DNA from: a virus | Taxonomy: Duplodnaviria > Caudoviricetes | Length of the DNA: 64,000 bases | Strand: one strand, 5' to 3' | IMG/VR virus record: IMGVR_UViG_3300049988_000286 | Coordinates: 224,001 to 288,000 of that record | Part shown: positions 9,972-19,537 of the stretch, piece after piece | How the letters are laid out: each line of letters starts with the position of its first letter | How positions within the stretch are numbered: position 1 is the first letter of the stretch | Made by a program: the position numbers and the translations under genes | Notes under the pieces: model-generated | Told to the model about the DNA's origin: nothing | Database searches by the model: none | The model's input: only the letters and a program-made list of their open reading frames with translations

Positions 9972-10154
9972 AAGGATTTTTCTCGCTTGCTGTCGTTGGT
10001 CCCAGAACCCGATCTGCCCTGCTACCCATTCACGCTTCTCTTCGATCGCTACGATCTTGCCGTCTTGCAGTTCCAGCCCATGCTCCGACATCAACTCGGC
10101 AATGGCGCTGGCATCTCCTGCTTCGATCAACTGACCAAGCTTCTCAATTTCCAT
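9972..10154 (-). CDS. polB: family B DNA polymerase, C-terminal subunit, exon 1
   Basis: MEIEKLG...FWDQRQQARKIL = fingers helix preceding LNSLYG; GGAGAG SD. Confidence 0.88.
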
Positions 10155-10273
10155 ACGGTGTCTCTCCACTCATCAGAGACAATCTACTTAACTTCGGCTC
10201 GTTCCCACAATATGATTCGCTATTGTCTTGACAGTTCCCTCAACTCTGCTACACCTGTTGAGAAGGAACCTCT

Positions 10274-10813
10274 ATGCCCATTATCCTCATTGGCTGTTTC
10301 ATCGGTGCCGTGCTCGGTGTGGGCGCGATGAGTCTATGGACGGGTATGAAGGCGCACCCCAAGGCGGTGGCGATCATCTGGGCCATTTCCTCGTTCATCG
10401 CCCTCATCTGGCACCCTGTCCCCAAGGGCCGGGATTTCCACGCCGTGGGGATCATCGGTCAGTCCGAGGCAACCGTGGTGGCGGCGATCGGTGAGGCGCA
10501 GACCTGTTCACCGTTCTTCGACGAGATCGACCCCGACAGTGGGAAGACCGCGTGCTACTATCAGGGCAACACGACGGTCATCTACCAGCATGGTCGCTCG
10601 ATCCGGATCACGAGTGGTGCTCTCGATGGCGTCCCCTACGCGACCTCACCGGAGTATTACGCCGTGGTTACCGAGCATCTTGGTTTCGATGCCAGCCGCC
10701 CCGTGGTGGCCACCATCGACAAATTGGTTTGGCAGATCGACGGCGGCACGCTAACCGTGTTGTCGAACCAGCGTCTCGACACTGCGGGGATCACCATTGA
10801 CGCCACATCTTGA
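10274..10813 (+). CDS. membrane protein with periplasmic domain
   Basis: Two N-terminal hydrophobic helices; preceded by a TTGACA promoter at ~10228. Confidence 0.7.
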   Translation: MPIILIGCFIGAVLGVGAMSLWTGMKAHPKAVAIIWAISSFIALIWHPVPKGRDFHAVGIIGQSEATVVAAIGEAQTCSPFFDEIDPDSGKTACYYQGNTTVIYQHGRSIRITSGALDGVPYATSPEYYAVVTEHLGFDASRPVVATIDKLVWQIDGGTLTVLSNQRLDTAGITIDATS

Positions 10814-11255
10814 TCAACTGGTTGATCTTCCGTCGTGGGATCATGGGCTGAAGATTGACCGGCAGATCGATGATGTGCGCCGGGAAGTCCAGAGTGCGAT
10901 CGGTGGTTTGGAGCCCGGTCGCGAGGCCGATGACGTGGATCAGGCCTTCGACAATTACATCGCCACGGTCGATAAGCTCCGTGACCTCTACGCAACGGCA
11001 GAGGGCATTTTCCACACTGTGCGGGAGGCCTACGATGAGGCGATCACGATCGCGGATCGGTTGTTCGAACTCCAACCATGGCGGATGACGATCTCCGATA
11101 CCTCACCTCATTATAAGGCCTTGCGCGGAGCACCGCCGATGTGGCTTGAGGAAAACCTTCACGACGCCGTGGAGATATTCCCGCTCGCTGGTCACCTCAT
11201 AATTGTTTTCGGCAACGAGGCCGACATGACGCTCTTTCGCCTCAAGTATGCCTGA
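10797..11255 (+). CDS. family B protein with N-terminal coiled coil
   Basis: Ends IVFGNEADMTLFRLKYA. Confidence 0.7.
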   Translation: MTPHLDQLVDLPSWDHGLKIDRQIDDVRREVQSAIGGLEPGREADDVDQAFDNYIATVDKLRDLYATAEGIFHTVREAYDEAITIADRLFELQPWRMTISDTSPHYKALRGAPPMWLEENLHDAVEIFPLAGHLIIVFGNEADMTLFRLKYA

Positions 11256-11817
11256 ACGTGAAGCCCGAGGCGGTGGTTCCCATCGTCTGGGGGCGTGACA
11301 TTTCGATATCGCTCGCTTGGGGGATGGGCTGCGACATTCCAATATATTCGCTCCGCAGCGCGACTTCCTTGACGATCACGAAGGGTGCCGGGGTGGCGTT
11401 TCCGAGCGGCGTCGATCCCAGCCACACATCGTTGGTTTGTCGGAACAGGAGATCGCCGTGCCGAATGGGTGTGGTGAGGCGGCTGATACCCATGTGAGAG
11501 ACGAGAGTGCGATCCTCTCCCGTGTAGCGCAGAATGGCTCCGGTCTGTGGAGGGGCGACGGTGATCTCCCCCATGGCGTCGGAGAACTGCCCGGCTGCTT
11601 CGAGGGCACGACGTTGATCCGCGAGACGGCAATAGGCCAGTAGCGCATTGCGGTACCACGGCAGGGGCACAGCGGCGGTTTCAATGTCACTGGGGCCGAT
11701 GATGCCAAGATCGATCTGGGTCATCATGGCGGAGATTTCTGGGCGGCGCTGCGCTTCACTGCGAAGCAACGCCACGGGGTCGCGCCCGTTCATACCGACG
11801 ATCTGATTAGGTTGCAT
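11242..11817 (-). CDS. hypothetical protein
   Basis: GGGAG SD before MQPNQ. Confidence 0.6.
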   Translation of the reverse strand: MQPNQIVGMNGRDPVALLRSEAQRRPEISAMMTQIDLGIIGPSDIETAAVPLPWYRNALLAYCRLADQRRALEAAGQFSDAMGEITVAPPQTGAILRYTGEDRTLVSHMGISRLTTPIRHGDLLFRQTNDVWLGSTPLGNATPAPFVIVKEVALRSEYIGMSQPIPQASDIEMSRPQTMGTTASGFTFRHT

Positions 11818-11893
11818 GGTTCTCCCATAAACAATTAGGACCGCACCCGAAGGCACGGCCCTAATATGGAGGTTCGGAGTCTAGCGTGCAATA

Positions 11894-12343
11894 TTACACT
11901 GCCATTAGGAGTGCCGCCACATCGTTCTGCCGCTGCATCTCGACCTCTAGCTTCTGCTCGACCATCTCGTTGTATTGGTCGCGAGTGCCGGAAGTCATGA
12001 AGTTGTAGTTGTCGAGGACTTCTGGCATGTCGGGGTATAGGTTGGTGCCGATCCACACTCCGCCGCCAACGGCGTAGAGTAGGTCTCCATCACGGACCTC
12101 TAGGCCGAGATGGTTGTCATCGGCGGGGATCATGACGGTCGGGCCATCGTATTCCAAGATACCACCAATCTCGTCGATCGCCCTGTCCTCCATCGTATCC
12201 GGGAGTAGGTGATCGAGAACGCTCATCGTGACGCGGTTGCGGGCACTCGCGAGGGTGCGCACCAGCGATTTGAAGGCGGTGGGGGTGTCGCCACCGATCG
12301 TGGTGGTCGGGGTATCGAGGTCTGCGGTTGCCTGTGCAAACAT
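11894..12343 (-). CDS. hypothetical protein
   Basis: GGAG SD before MFAQA. Confidence 0.65.
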   Translation of the reverse strand: MFAQATADLDTPTTTIGGDTPTAFKSLVRTLASARNRVTMSVLDHLLPDTMEDRAIDEIGGILEYDGPTVMIPADDNHLGLEVRDGDLLYAVGGGVWIGTNLYPDMPEVLDNYNFMTSGTRDQYNEMVEQKLEVEMQRQNDVAALLMAV

Positions 12344-12462
12344 GGTAGTATCTCCTATACTGGCAAGCCCGCGTTGTGGGGCTTTCTGAATTAGTATAGG
12401 TATAACTACCGGGAGCGAACTATAGTTCCCTAATTGCAACTTTTATTTGATTATTTTAGAAC

Positions 12463-12639
12463 ATGGAACGAGGAAGTGGACCAATGAACAAGCAGCAAAG
12501 AACAATTCGGCCTAGCACATATAGTGAAAATGGCTCACAATTGACAAGCTACAATAATCTCATAACACCGCAGCAACCGACAATTGTCCGAAGACTGGTA
12601 TGCGGTGATCAAGAGAATGCCCTATTCGGGCTTTGCTGA
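12463..12639 (+). CDS. possible degenerate family A (GD motif) small protein, 58 aa
   Basis: Own translation ends RRLVCGDQENALFGLC; below the ORF-track cutoff. Confidence 0.3.
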   Translation: MERGSGPMNKQQRTIRPSTYSENGSQLTSYNNLITPQQPTIVRRLVCGDQENALFGLC

Positions 12640-12735
12640 AAGTGTCTACCACACGCCGGGGCGTGATCGAGAAACATGATCCTACCTACACTCGCTCCAT
12701 GCCCCCCGCAGGGACCGAAGCCCCTGCGAAGCCCG

Positions 12736-13344
12736 TTAGTCGATCAGCTTCTCGGCGCGGAGAACCGCAACCTCCTCATCCGCGAGGGTGATCGTCGTGT
12801 TGAAATTCGTGGCGGTCAGGTCGTCCTTCAAGGACGCGCGCTGGCGCTTGAGCACCGCGATGAGGTCGGCGATGAACCCCTTGGTCTCCGCTCCCATGAT
12901 GTCGATGGTGAGCGACTCGGTGCGGACCGTGTATCGCTCACGGCTTTCCGGCGCGTCCAGATCGGCGCGCATCTTCGCGACCTTGCGATCAAGGGCGGCG
13001 AGATCATCGATCGGCGTGGCGTCGTCGAACAGATTCTCCGGCTTCGCGACCGCAGTAAGGCGCAGAAGCTGCTCATCGATCGCGGCGACGAGCGCCAGAT
13101 TGCCATCGACGCCCGCCGCGCTGTTGGCGATGCCCACCATGGCGCGGATGCGGTAAGCAGCGGTGATCGCCCCCTGCTGGCGCTCCAGCGCGGCGAAGAA
13201 GGCGACGCGGGTCGCATCCGCCGCCTCGGTAGCAGTGATCTCGCTGTAGGCGGAGATCGAAGCGCGGGGGTTGGGCGTAATGGTCTTCGCCACCGCGAGC
13301 AAGGCACGCGACAACTCCGACGCCTTCTTGAGAGTGATCTTCAT
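12736..13344 (-). CDS. helical/coiled-coil hypothetical protein
   Basis: Strong GC3 bias; own TTGACA promoter (~13390) and a downstream hairpin. Confidence 0.8.
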   Translation of the reverse strand: MKITLKKASELSRALLAVAKTITPNPRASISAYSEITATEAADATRVAFFAALERQQGAITAAYRIRAMVGIANSAAGVDGNLALVAAIDEQLLRLTAVAKPENLFDDATPIDDLAALDRKVAKMRADLDAPESRERYTVRTESLTIDIMGAETKGFIADLIAVLKRQRASLKDDLTATNFNTTITLADEEVAVLRAEKLID

Positions 13345-13427
13345 GGTCCGGTCCCCGTTCGAATATCGTTTCGCCGTCCATCTAGACGGCGGGCAGAAGG
13401 ACTGTCAACCCGCCATCTAGAAAATAA

Positions 13428-15158
13428 TCACGCCTTATTCTGCGCCGCCGTAATCGCTAGTGCGAGGTCGGCATCGACCTCAATCCCGTCCTTGAGTTTT
13501 GCATAGAAGCCCTTCTTCTTCTGCATGGTTTGGCGGTCCGAGTACCACTTCGCCAAAAGCTGCGGGATGATCCCCTCCTGATCGGTTCGGAAGATCGTCC
13601 CGTTAGCAGAGATGCACAAATTGCTCCCCGGTCGGAAAATGAAGTCGTATAATTGGCGTCCCGACATCACCTTGGTGGTCCCGTCATCGAAATCGATCGT
13701 GATCGGTGCACCATCCTTGGCCATCATGTGATCAACCTCCAAGGCCGCGAAGATGCCATCCCACGCTTCTGCGCGAGGCACCTTGTTGGCGATCCGTTGG
13801 TCAACGAGCGCCTTTGTCTCGTCGAGGCGAATCTGGCCCACGATCGTCTCCGGAGAGAGGTTGAGGGCGCGGATAGTCGAGGGATACAGGGAGTTGATGT
13901 CCACGGCGGCGACGTGATCGTGCAAGCCCATCTTGGGCTTGGCCACATAGGCACCCACCACCGGCTTTTTCTTGTTATCAAAGCCGCCCTCCTCGTCGTC
14001 CTCATCCTCGTCGTCCACCTCCTCCTCGATCACCTCCTCGACCCGTGGTTTACGATTGGGGGCAACGAGACCCATCTCGTGCATTTCAAGGATGATGGCC
14101 TGTTCTACCAGCGCCACCGATCCCATCGTCGTCTTTAGCTGCACGCAGTTGACGTGGGCGATCTGATTGGCGAGTTCGATGAAGCGCTTCTTCTTGTCGA
14201 TCTTGACCAGCAGGGCAACGTCCTGTCGGGAGTATTCAACGAACTTGTAGAAGTCCTTCTTGTACAGGTCGTCGAGGGTGCCCTCATAGGGGATTTTGTT
14301 GTCCCCGACTTCGACTTCACCGATATAGTCGAGGCGATAGCTGTGTTGCTGCTGGGGGTTGTGCTTCTGATAGAGTTCCAGATAGTCGAGGTGGACGCGC
14401 CCCATCAGGTCATAGGACTCGTGGTCCTTACCGAATTTGGGAACCATGCGCTGGCGCGGCTTCTGTCGCCATAGACATAGGTCTCGCGTAGCATCCTCGT
14501 CGATAATCCGTTTGATGCGGTTTACGATGTAGGGGATATCGAACAGCGTCGAGTTCCAGCCCGAGAGCACATCCACGTCCTCGATGATCTGCATAAAGGC
14601 GCGCAGAAGTTCCCGCTCGTCATCGAACAGGAAGGTGTCGGGGAACTGATCGCAGATCGCCTGTGCCTCCTCGGTGGTAAGCGTCGGAGGCTTGAGCGCG
14701 AGGCAGATCAATCGATCAACATGCGAGAGGTCGATCGAGATGGCGGTCACAGCATTGAACGGGTCATCGACGGGCGCGTAGCCGCGCTCCGCATGATAAC
14801 CGGTTTCGATATCGAAGAAGCCCACGTTGAGGACGGGCGCGTTGACCCCCTTGTAGTGCTTCTCCAGTGCGCGGAAGACGGGATTGATATCCGACTCGAA
14901 GACTTTGTGCCGGGGTTTACCGTTACGATCGAGATCGTTGGTGAACCGTCCCAATTCCTTGCGGAATTTCTGACCGTCGTTGGTTTTGAAAATCTTGCAC
15001 GCATCGCCGTACATGGATCGATGAGAGCCCGCCGGATGCGAGTAGTAAAAGACATGCTCGCAATCATGTTCGACGAGGTGGCGGACGCCATTCACGTCAC
15101 GCTCGGCAACTTGAATGACGTTCCGCTTGGCGTTGTATAGGGCATCGATGTAAGACAT
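13428..15158 (-). CDS. polB: family B DNA polymerase, N-terminal subunit (3'-5' exonuclease plus motif A)
   Basis: FFDIET (ExoI), GWNSTLFDIPY (ExoII), YSRQDV (ExoIII), DINSLYPS (motif A); ends inside the fingers at WYSDRQTMQKKK. Confidence 0.95.
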   Translation of the reverse strand: MSYIDALYNAKRNVIQVAERDVNGVRHLVEHDCEHVFYYSHPAGSHRSMYGDACKIFKTNDGQKFRKELGRFTNDLDRNGKPRHKVFESDINPVFRALEKHYKGVNAPVLNVGFFDIETGYHAERGYAPVDDPFNAVTAISIDLSHVDRLICLALKPPTLTTEEAQAICDQFPDTFLFDDERELLRAFMQIIEDVDVLSGWNSTLFDIPYIVNRIKRIIDEDATRDLCLWRQKPRQRMVPKFGKDHESYDLMGRVHLDYLELYQKHNPQQQHSYRLDYIGEVEVGDNKIPYEGTLDDLYKKDFYKFVEYSRQDVALLVKIDKKKRFIELANQIAHVNCVQLKTTMGSVALVEQAIILEMHEMGLVAPNRKPRVEEVIEEEVDDEDEDDEEGGFDNKKKPVVGAYVAKPKMGLHDHVAAVDINSLYPSTIRALNLSPETIVGQIRLDETKALVDQRIANKVPRAEAWDGIFAALEVDHMMAKDGAPITIDFDDGTTKVMSGRQLYDFIFRPGSNLCISANGTIFRTDQEGIIPQLLAKWYSDRQTMQKKKGFYAKLKDGIEVDADLALAITAAQNKA

Positions 15159-15196
15159 AACACTACTTTACTTGCCCTAAGGCTGATTCGCCAATA

Positions 15197-15439
15197 TTAC
15201 TCGCAATGAGACCAAGCCAGTTTGAACAACGTGGCATCATGCTCGTCTTCGATACGGACCACTGCTGCGATCGTGAGACCATTCTCCCGGTGGATGGAGA
15301 AGAAATGTCGGCCCTCAATATTAGCCTTGATCCAACGCTTCACTTCTGCGATTTGGAACCGGCCTCTGATCTTACCAAGACCGAAGCAGGACCAGTTGGC
15401 TTGTTCAAGCCTCCGCTTCCGGGTTCTGCTTTCCACCAC
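15197..15439 (-). CDS. family B small protein
   Basis: Ends VRIEDEHDATLFKLAW. Confidence 0.65.
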   Translation of the reverse strand: MVESRTRKRRLEQANWSCFGLGKIRGRFQIAEVKRWIKANIEGRHFFSIHRENGLTIAAVVRIEDEHDATLFKLAWSHCE

Positions 15440-15992
15440 TGCTAAACTTCTTCCATACGGTTAGATCATATTCCGCCACAGTCATCCCGCTCGCGTCGGC
15501 GAGTTCAAGGAAGGCGGCTTCCAACGATGCGTAGAGTTTGCCCGCCGGGGGCGTTGCCTTGGGGGCCTCGATGCCGTGTTCGCGCAGATGGCGGAGAACA
15601 TGCGTGTCGAGAGCGGCGTGGCGGACACCGGGGCGTGACATCATTACGAACATGCGAGCCGTCTTGGGGCCGCAGCCGTGAATGGCTTCGAGATCGGCCA
15701 CCGAACACGAGCGGAGATCGAGCGCCATGCTTTCGAGAAACTGTCGAGAGAGCCGGGTGTACTGCCCGAGGCGGCTCGACTTGACCGCTTCCAGCATGTG
15801 GTCCTCACCGATGCCACGAAGCTTCTCGAACGGTGTCTCGCCAGTGTGGGCGAGCATGAAGTCGTTCAGGAGGGCGGCTTGCCGAGAGGCTTTCTTGCCC
15901 GCCACCACGCAACTGAACAGCCACCAGAGTTGAAGTTCGCCGTCAGTGCGCTCGTAGTTGATCACATCTGTGGGATCAATGAGATAGTCCAT
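15405..15992 (-). CDS. HhH-GPD superfamily DNA glycosylase-like protein (Ogg/EndoIII-type)
   Basis: Helix-hairpin-helix IHGCGPKTARMF followed by AALDTHVLRHL (catalytic Asp). Confidence 0.75.
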   Translation of the reverse strand: MDYLIDPTDVINYERTDGELQLWWLFSCVVAGKKASRQAALLNDFMLAHTGETPFEKLRGIGEDHMLEAVKSSRLGQYTRLSRQFLESMALDLRSCSVADLEAIHGCGPKTARMFVMMSRPGVRHAALDTHVLRHLREHGIEAPKATPPAGKLYASLEAAFLELADASGMTVAEYDLTVWKKFSSGGKQNPEAEA

Positions 15993-16200
15993 GATGATCC
16001 TTCAATAGCTGCTCGTATAGGTTGTAGAGGTTGTTGAACTTGAGATCGTAGAGACTACGCAATCCGAGCAGGATATTGGCGGTCTCATCATCGGACATTT
16101 CGGGACCGTCGCAGATAGCGCGGTAGAGAACGTCGATGTCGTCGGTGATCTGCCAGCACGACATAAGGGGTTGTTCTAGGTCGTTGAGCTTTGCCACCAT
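15976..16200 (-). CDS. hypothetical protein
   Basis: Operon-coupled 74-aa ORF. Confidence 0.65.
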   Translation of the reverse strand: MVAKLNDLEQPLMSCWQITDDIDVLYRAICDGPEMSDDETANILLGLRSLYDLKFNNLYNLYEQLLKDHHGLSH

Positions 16201-16241
16201 CGTTCTCCAACAGGGGGAGGATCGCTCCTCCCCATGGGGTT

Positions 16242-16499
16242 TTAGGCGCGACCGGCGACGACGAGGATTTCCTCGATGATATCGACGTTCTCCTTGGTGT
16301 CTTCGAGCGACTGCTTGTGCGCAGCGCGGGCAGCACCCATAAGCTGCGAGGGCTTGACGCCAAGCTCTTCCGCCAAGGTCTTCGACAGATCAGACAGACC
16401 ACCCTTGAGGTCTTCGATTTCGAGGAAGATTCGAAGACTCTCGTCGATGAAGGTCTTCACTTTGGCGATCGAGGTGTTCGAGAGAGTGTCCAGAGCCAT
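16242..16499 (-). CDS. GapR/DUF2312-like (T4 DsbA-like) dsDNA-binding protein
   Basis: 85-aa helical protein: FIDESLRIFLEIEDLKGGLSDL...ELGVKP. Confidence 0.65.
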   Translation of the reverse strand: MALDTLSNTSIAKVKTFIDESLRIFLEIEDLKGGLSDLSKTLAEELGVKPSQLMGAARAAHKQSLEDTKENVDIIEEILVVAGRA

Positions 16500-16655
16500 T
16501 ACTTTATTCCTGCATACCAGTGATTTGGTGAACCAGTATCTACAGGGCGGGAGTCCTTGGCGTCAAAATTGAAATCACCCGTGGTTGATTTCCCGAACTC
16601 TGGGTTGACGGCTTGGGGGAGTGTGCTACACCAAGGCGATCAACAGGAGCGCGAC

Positions 16656-16970
16656 ATGGATTTCGTAAACGACCTTCTCGCCGCCAAGGCGGACTTCAAC
16701 GCTGGGGCGATCGACGTGCCCACCCTGACGGACCGGATTGCAGACGTGCGCGATGCGATCATCGCCGCGCCGGAGACCGATAAGGTAACGGCGTTTGACA
16801 AGATCGTGATGGCGTTCTTCGAGCCTTTGATCGAACCCGAGGAAGAATACCAGCCCGGCATCCTCTATCTCGACAGCGATTCGATGCACTACACCCACGA
16901 GGCGCTGGCAAAGGCGATCTGCGGCAAGAGGTATTACGAATTCGAGAACGGCCTCTACGAGGGTGGCTAA
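16656..16970 (+). CDS. hypothetical protein
   Basis: AGGAG SD before MDFVND. Confidence 0.7.
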   Translation: MDFVNDLLAAKADFNAGAIDVPTLTDRIADVRDAIIAAPETDKVTAFDKIVMAFFEPLIEPEEEYQPGILYLDSDSMHYTHEALAKAICGKRYYEFENGLYEGG

Positions 16971-16977
16971 TCCACCT

Positions 16978-17202
16978 TCATAGCATCATCGCCAAAATGG
17001 CGAGATGCTCTGTCTCGCAATCGATCACAACCTCGGTGCCTCGATCGCGTTCGAGGTTTTTAATATACCATTCGCCGATGACAGACTCACTGGCGATCAG
17101 AAACGCGAGGATGCGGCTCATGCAAGGCATTGGATTGGCACCCGAGATGATCACCTTGGTGCCGTCTCGCGTCATCGACAGGGCAGGTAGCGCGTGATCC
17201 AC
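16978..17202 (-). CDS. family B-like small protein
   Basis: Ends VIDCETEHLAILAMML. Confidence 0.55.
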   Translation of the reverse strand: MDHALPALSMTRDGTKVIISGANPMPCMSRILAFLIASESVIGEWYIKNLERDRGTEVVIDCETEHLAILAMML

Positions 17203-17471
17203 TTCGGATATCCCTGTGGCGTCATGATGATGTCGGGCACCGCGCGCGCATCGTCACCAGTCTCGATCCAACCGCTGCCGTAGCAGAGGTCGCAGATCGC
17301 CCGCTTCGAGCGAAACGACACCATATCAATCTCGGCGTTCCACTGACCGTGCTGGTGACAGACCGGACACGGTTCATCAAGGGCACCGTTGCGGGGTAGC
17401 AGCGGGATGTTGAAGAACGCCAGCGAGTGCTCGGGCGTGATCCCCGTCTTGATGTCGCTCGCGTGTGCCAT
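17172..17471 (-). CDS. small Zn-finger protein
   Basis: CPVC...CDLCYGSG. Confidence 0.7.
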   Translation of the reverse strand: MAHASDIKTGITPEHSLAFFNIPLLPRNGALDEPCPVCHQHGQWNAEIDMVSFRSKRAICDLCYGSGWIETGDDARAVPDIIMTPQGYPKWITRYLPCR

Positions 17472-17518
17472 GAAGGTCTCCTTACAGTTCCCTTACCGTA
17501 AGGAGACCCAATGATCAA

Positions 17519-18892
17519 TTAGATTTTATCACCGGGCGCGAGGCCCCTGACGGCGTTGAACGACGGGAAGCGCAACGAATAGTTGTTCGTACCTCGCTCC
17601 TTTTCGTTCTGGGTCAACTCATCGGCGTGAACCTCAATGATGTAGCCCATGATCTCTCCGGGATTGGCCCAGAAATGACGACGCTGCTCATCGGACATAC
17701 CCGTAGAGACCTTGGTGCGGATGAAGCGGCCCTCGTCCCGTCCCTCACAGACCAGCGCCCCCAAGGTGTCGAAATACTTGCCCTCCGGCTCGCCCTGTTC
17801 CATCCCCACGACGGTGAGATCGACGGCGATGAAGGGCTTCCACTTCAACCAATTGGTGCCCTTCTTGCACACATAGGGGGCCTCGGTATCCTTGATCATG
17901 AAGCCCTCGATGACGTTGGTGGCACCAGCGGCGGCAGCGGCTTCCATGACCTCGCGCTGGAACTCCGCCATCCGGGCCTTGCCCTCGTCGGTGGAGAGAT
18001 CGACCTCGATCTTGGGGAGCACGCTCACCGCCGTCATCGACAACTCCTGCATGGTGGGGAGGAGTGCTACCAAGGTCTCGTGGCGGCGACGCTGGGTGAT
18101 CGCGCATTTCCCGGTCTTGAAGTCAGCGAGTGGAACGATGTCGAACAACGCAACCTTGTGCTCTTCTGTCTTCACGCCGGTATTGCGGTTTAGCTGCGAC
18201 ATCAACTCTTGAAAGGTCTGGCCCACCACCTCGCCATCGAACACCACCGAAGCGGGAAGATGCGGGATCAACCGCTCGAATTCGGCGCGGAGGTGGGGGA
18301 AGTTGTCGTTCTGATTGCCGTTGCGGGTGTATTGGGTGACCGTCTTCGACTCGATATCCACGACGGTCAGGAGCCGAACGCCGTTCAGCTTCACATCGAG
18401 GAACTTCTTCCCGCTCATCTTCTTGGGATGCTCGTCCCCCGACTTGGCAAGCTGGCACGAGAACACCGGTACCATATACTGGCTCGCCTCCGGGGTGCCG
18501 ATCGCGGTCAGGACGCGGTTGACCGTCGAGTGATCGAAGCCCGCCTTGAAATCCTTGAGCAAGATGCGGCGGTAGAAGGTGTTCCACACCTCGCTATCGC
18601 TACGGTCGGCGGCTTCGTGCATGGCCGCGATGGCGGCGTGCCCGGTAAGCTCGCGCTTCCGCAACCGCTCTGCGAATTTCATGAAATCTGTGAAGGAGAG
18701 ATCACCCCCACCCTCGTCTTCCAGCACCGTGACCTTCTTCATCCCGTAAGTCAGGGTGGGGTCGAGGCACTGCCGAGCCGCCGCGAAGAACTCACGGTGA
18801 CCATTCTCGAAGGACTCGCGGATCAGCCGTTCCTTTTCCAAACGGCCCGACGTAGCCTCGACGGCCTTGATCAGCTTTACGGCATCAGTCAT
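17519..18892 (-). CDS. lig: ATP-dependent DNA ligase
   Basis: Motif I DVKLNG, FDGEV, EGFMIKD, WLKWKP, OB-fold C-terminus with SLRFPSF. Confidence 0.92.
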   Translation of the reverse strand: MTDAVKLIKAVEATSGRLEKERLIRESFENGHREFFAAARQCLDPTLTYGMKKVTVLEDEGGGDLSFTDFMKFAERLRKRELTGHAAIAAMHEAADRSDSEVWNTFYRRILLKDFKAGFDHSTVNRVLTAIGTPEASQYMVPVFSCQLAKSGDEHPKKMSGKKFLDVKLNGVRLLTVVDIESKTVTQYTRNGNQNDNFPHLRAEFERLIPHLPASVVFDGEVVGQTFQELMSQLNRNTGVKTEEHKVALFDIVPLADFKTGKCAITQRRRHETLVALLPTMQELSMTAVSVLPKIEVDLSTDEGKARMAEFQREVMEAAAAAGATNVIEGFMIKDTEAPYVCKKGTNWLKWKPFIAVDLTVVGMEQGEPEGKYFDTLGALVCEGRDEGRFIRTKVSTGMSDEQRRHFWANPGEIMGYIIEVHADELTQNEKERGTNNYSLRFPSFNAVRGLAPGDKI

Positions 18893-19455
18893 CACTTCAC
18901 CCCATCGTCGGTTGCGCGGTATTGATCCATGGCAGCCGCCCACTTCCCGATTTTGGCCTCGAACAGATCAGTGACGCGCTGCGCGATCACCGCTCGGTTC
19001 TGATCCTCCGGGATGAGGGCGAAGCACATGTTGGCTGCGTGCTGGATACCACGCGATACCGCGCCGTAAAAGCCCATCGGATTATTTCCCACGAGGCACT
19101 CTGCTGCACGCGAGACCGCGCCCGCTACCGCAAAGGTCTCCTGCATGAGCAGCGTCGCGTTGTCGAAACGATTTTCGGTCGCGATCGAGATTTGCGCCGG
19201 AATGAGGGGTGATGGGGGATAGTTGGTGATCTCGGTTAGGGCGACATCGATGAGGACGATCAGCGTATCGACCGACTCCTCGCGATAGTCGAGCCAAGTC
19301 TTGTTCTTGTAGTTGTGCGGAGACGATGTGCTCAAATACGCCTCTGCGGATTCACCGAGTTCTTCCAAGACTTTGAGAAGACGGCGTTGTAGATTATCGG
19401 GGGAGCGATAGGGATTGACCTCTCGCACCATACCGACGAGTACATCCATGACCAT
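18892..19455 (-). CDS. MazG-like nucleoside triphosphate pyrophosphohydrolase
   Basis: KVLEELGESAEA...REESVD (ExxE...ExxD). Confidence 0.75.
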   Translation of the reverse strand: MVMDVLVGMVREVNPYRSPDNLQRRLLKVLEELGESAEAYLSTSSPHNYKNKTWLDYREESVDTLIVLIDVALTEITNYPPSPLIPAQISIATENRFDNATLLMQETFAVAGAVSRAAECLVGNNPMGFYGAVSRGIQHAANMCFALIPEDQNRAVIAQRVTDLFEAKIGKWAAAMDQYRATDDGVK

Positions 19456-19537
19456 TGATACTAGACCTCGATATAGACTTTACGATGAGGACCATATCGG
19501 GTAAGAGCAACGCGAGCAACATTATTCGAGACCTGAT

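Noticed and set aside
13344-13500. Split intein or trans-splicing joining the polymerase halves
   Set aside because: No Cys/Ser-start intein N-fragment, no His-Asn C-terminus, and no group I/II half-intron motifs at either break.
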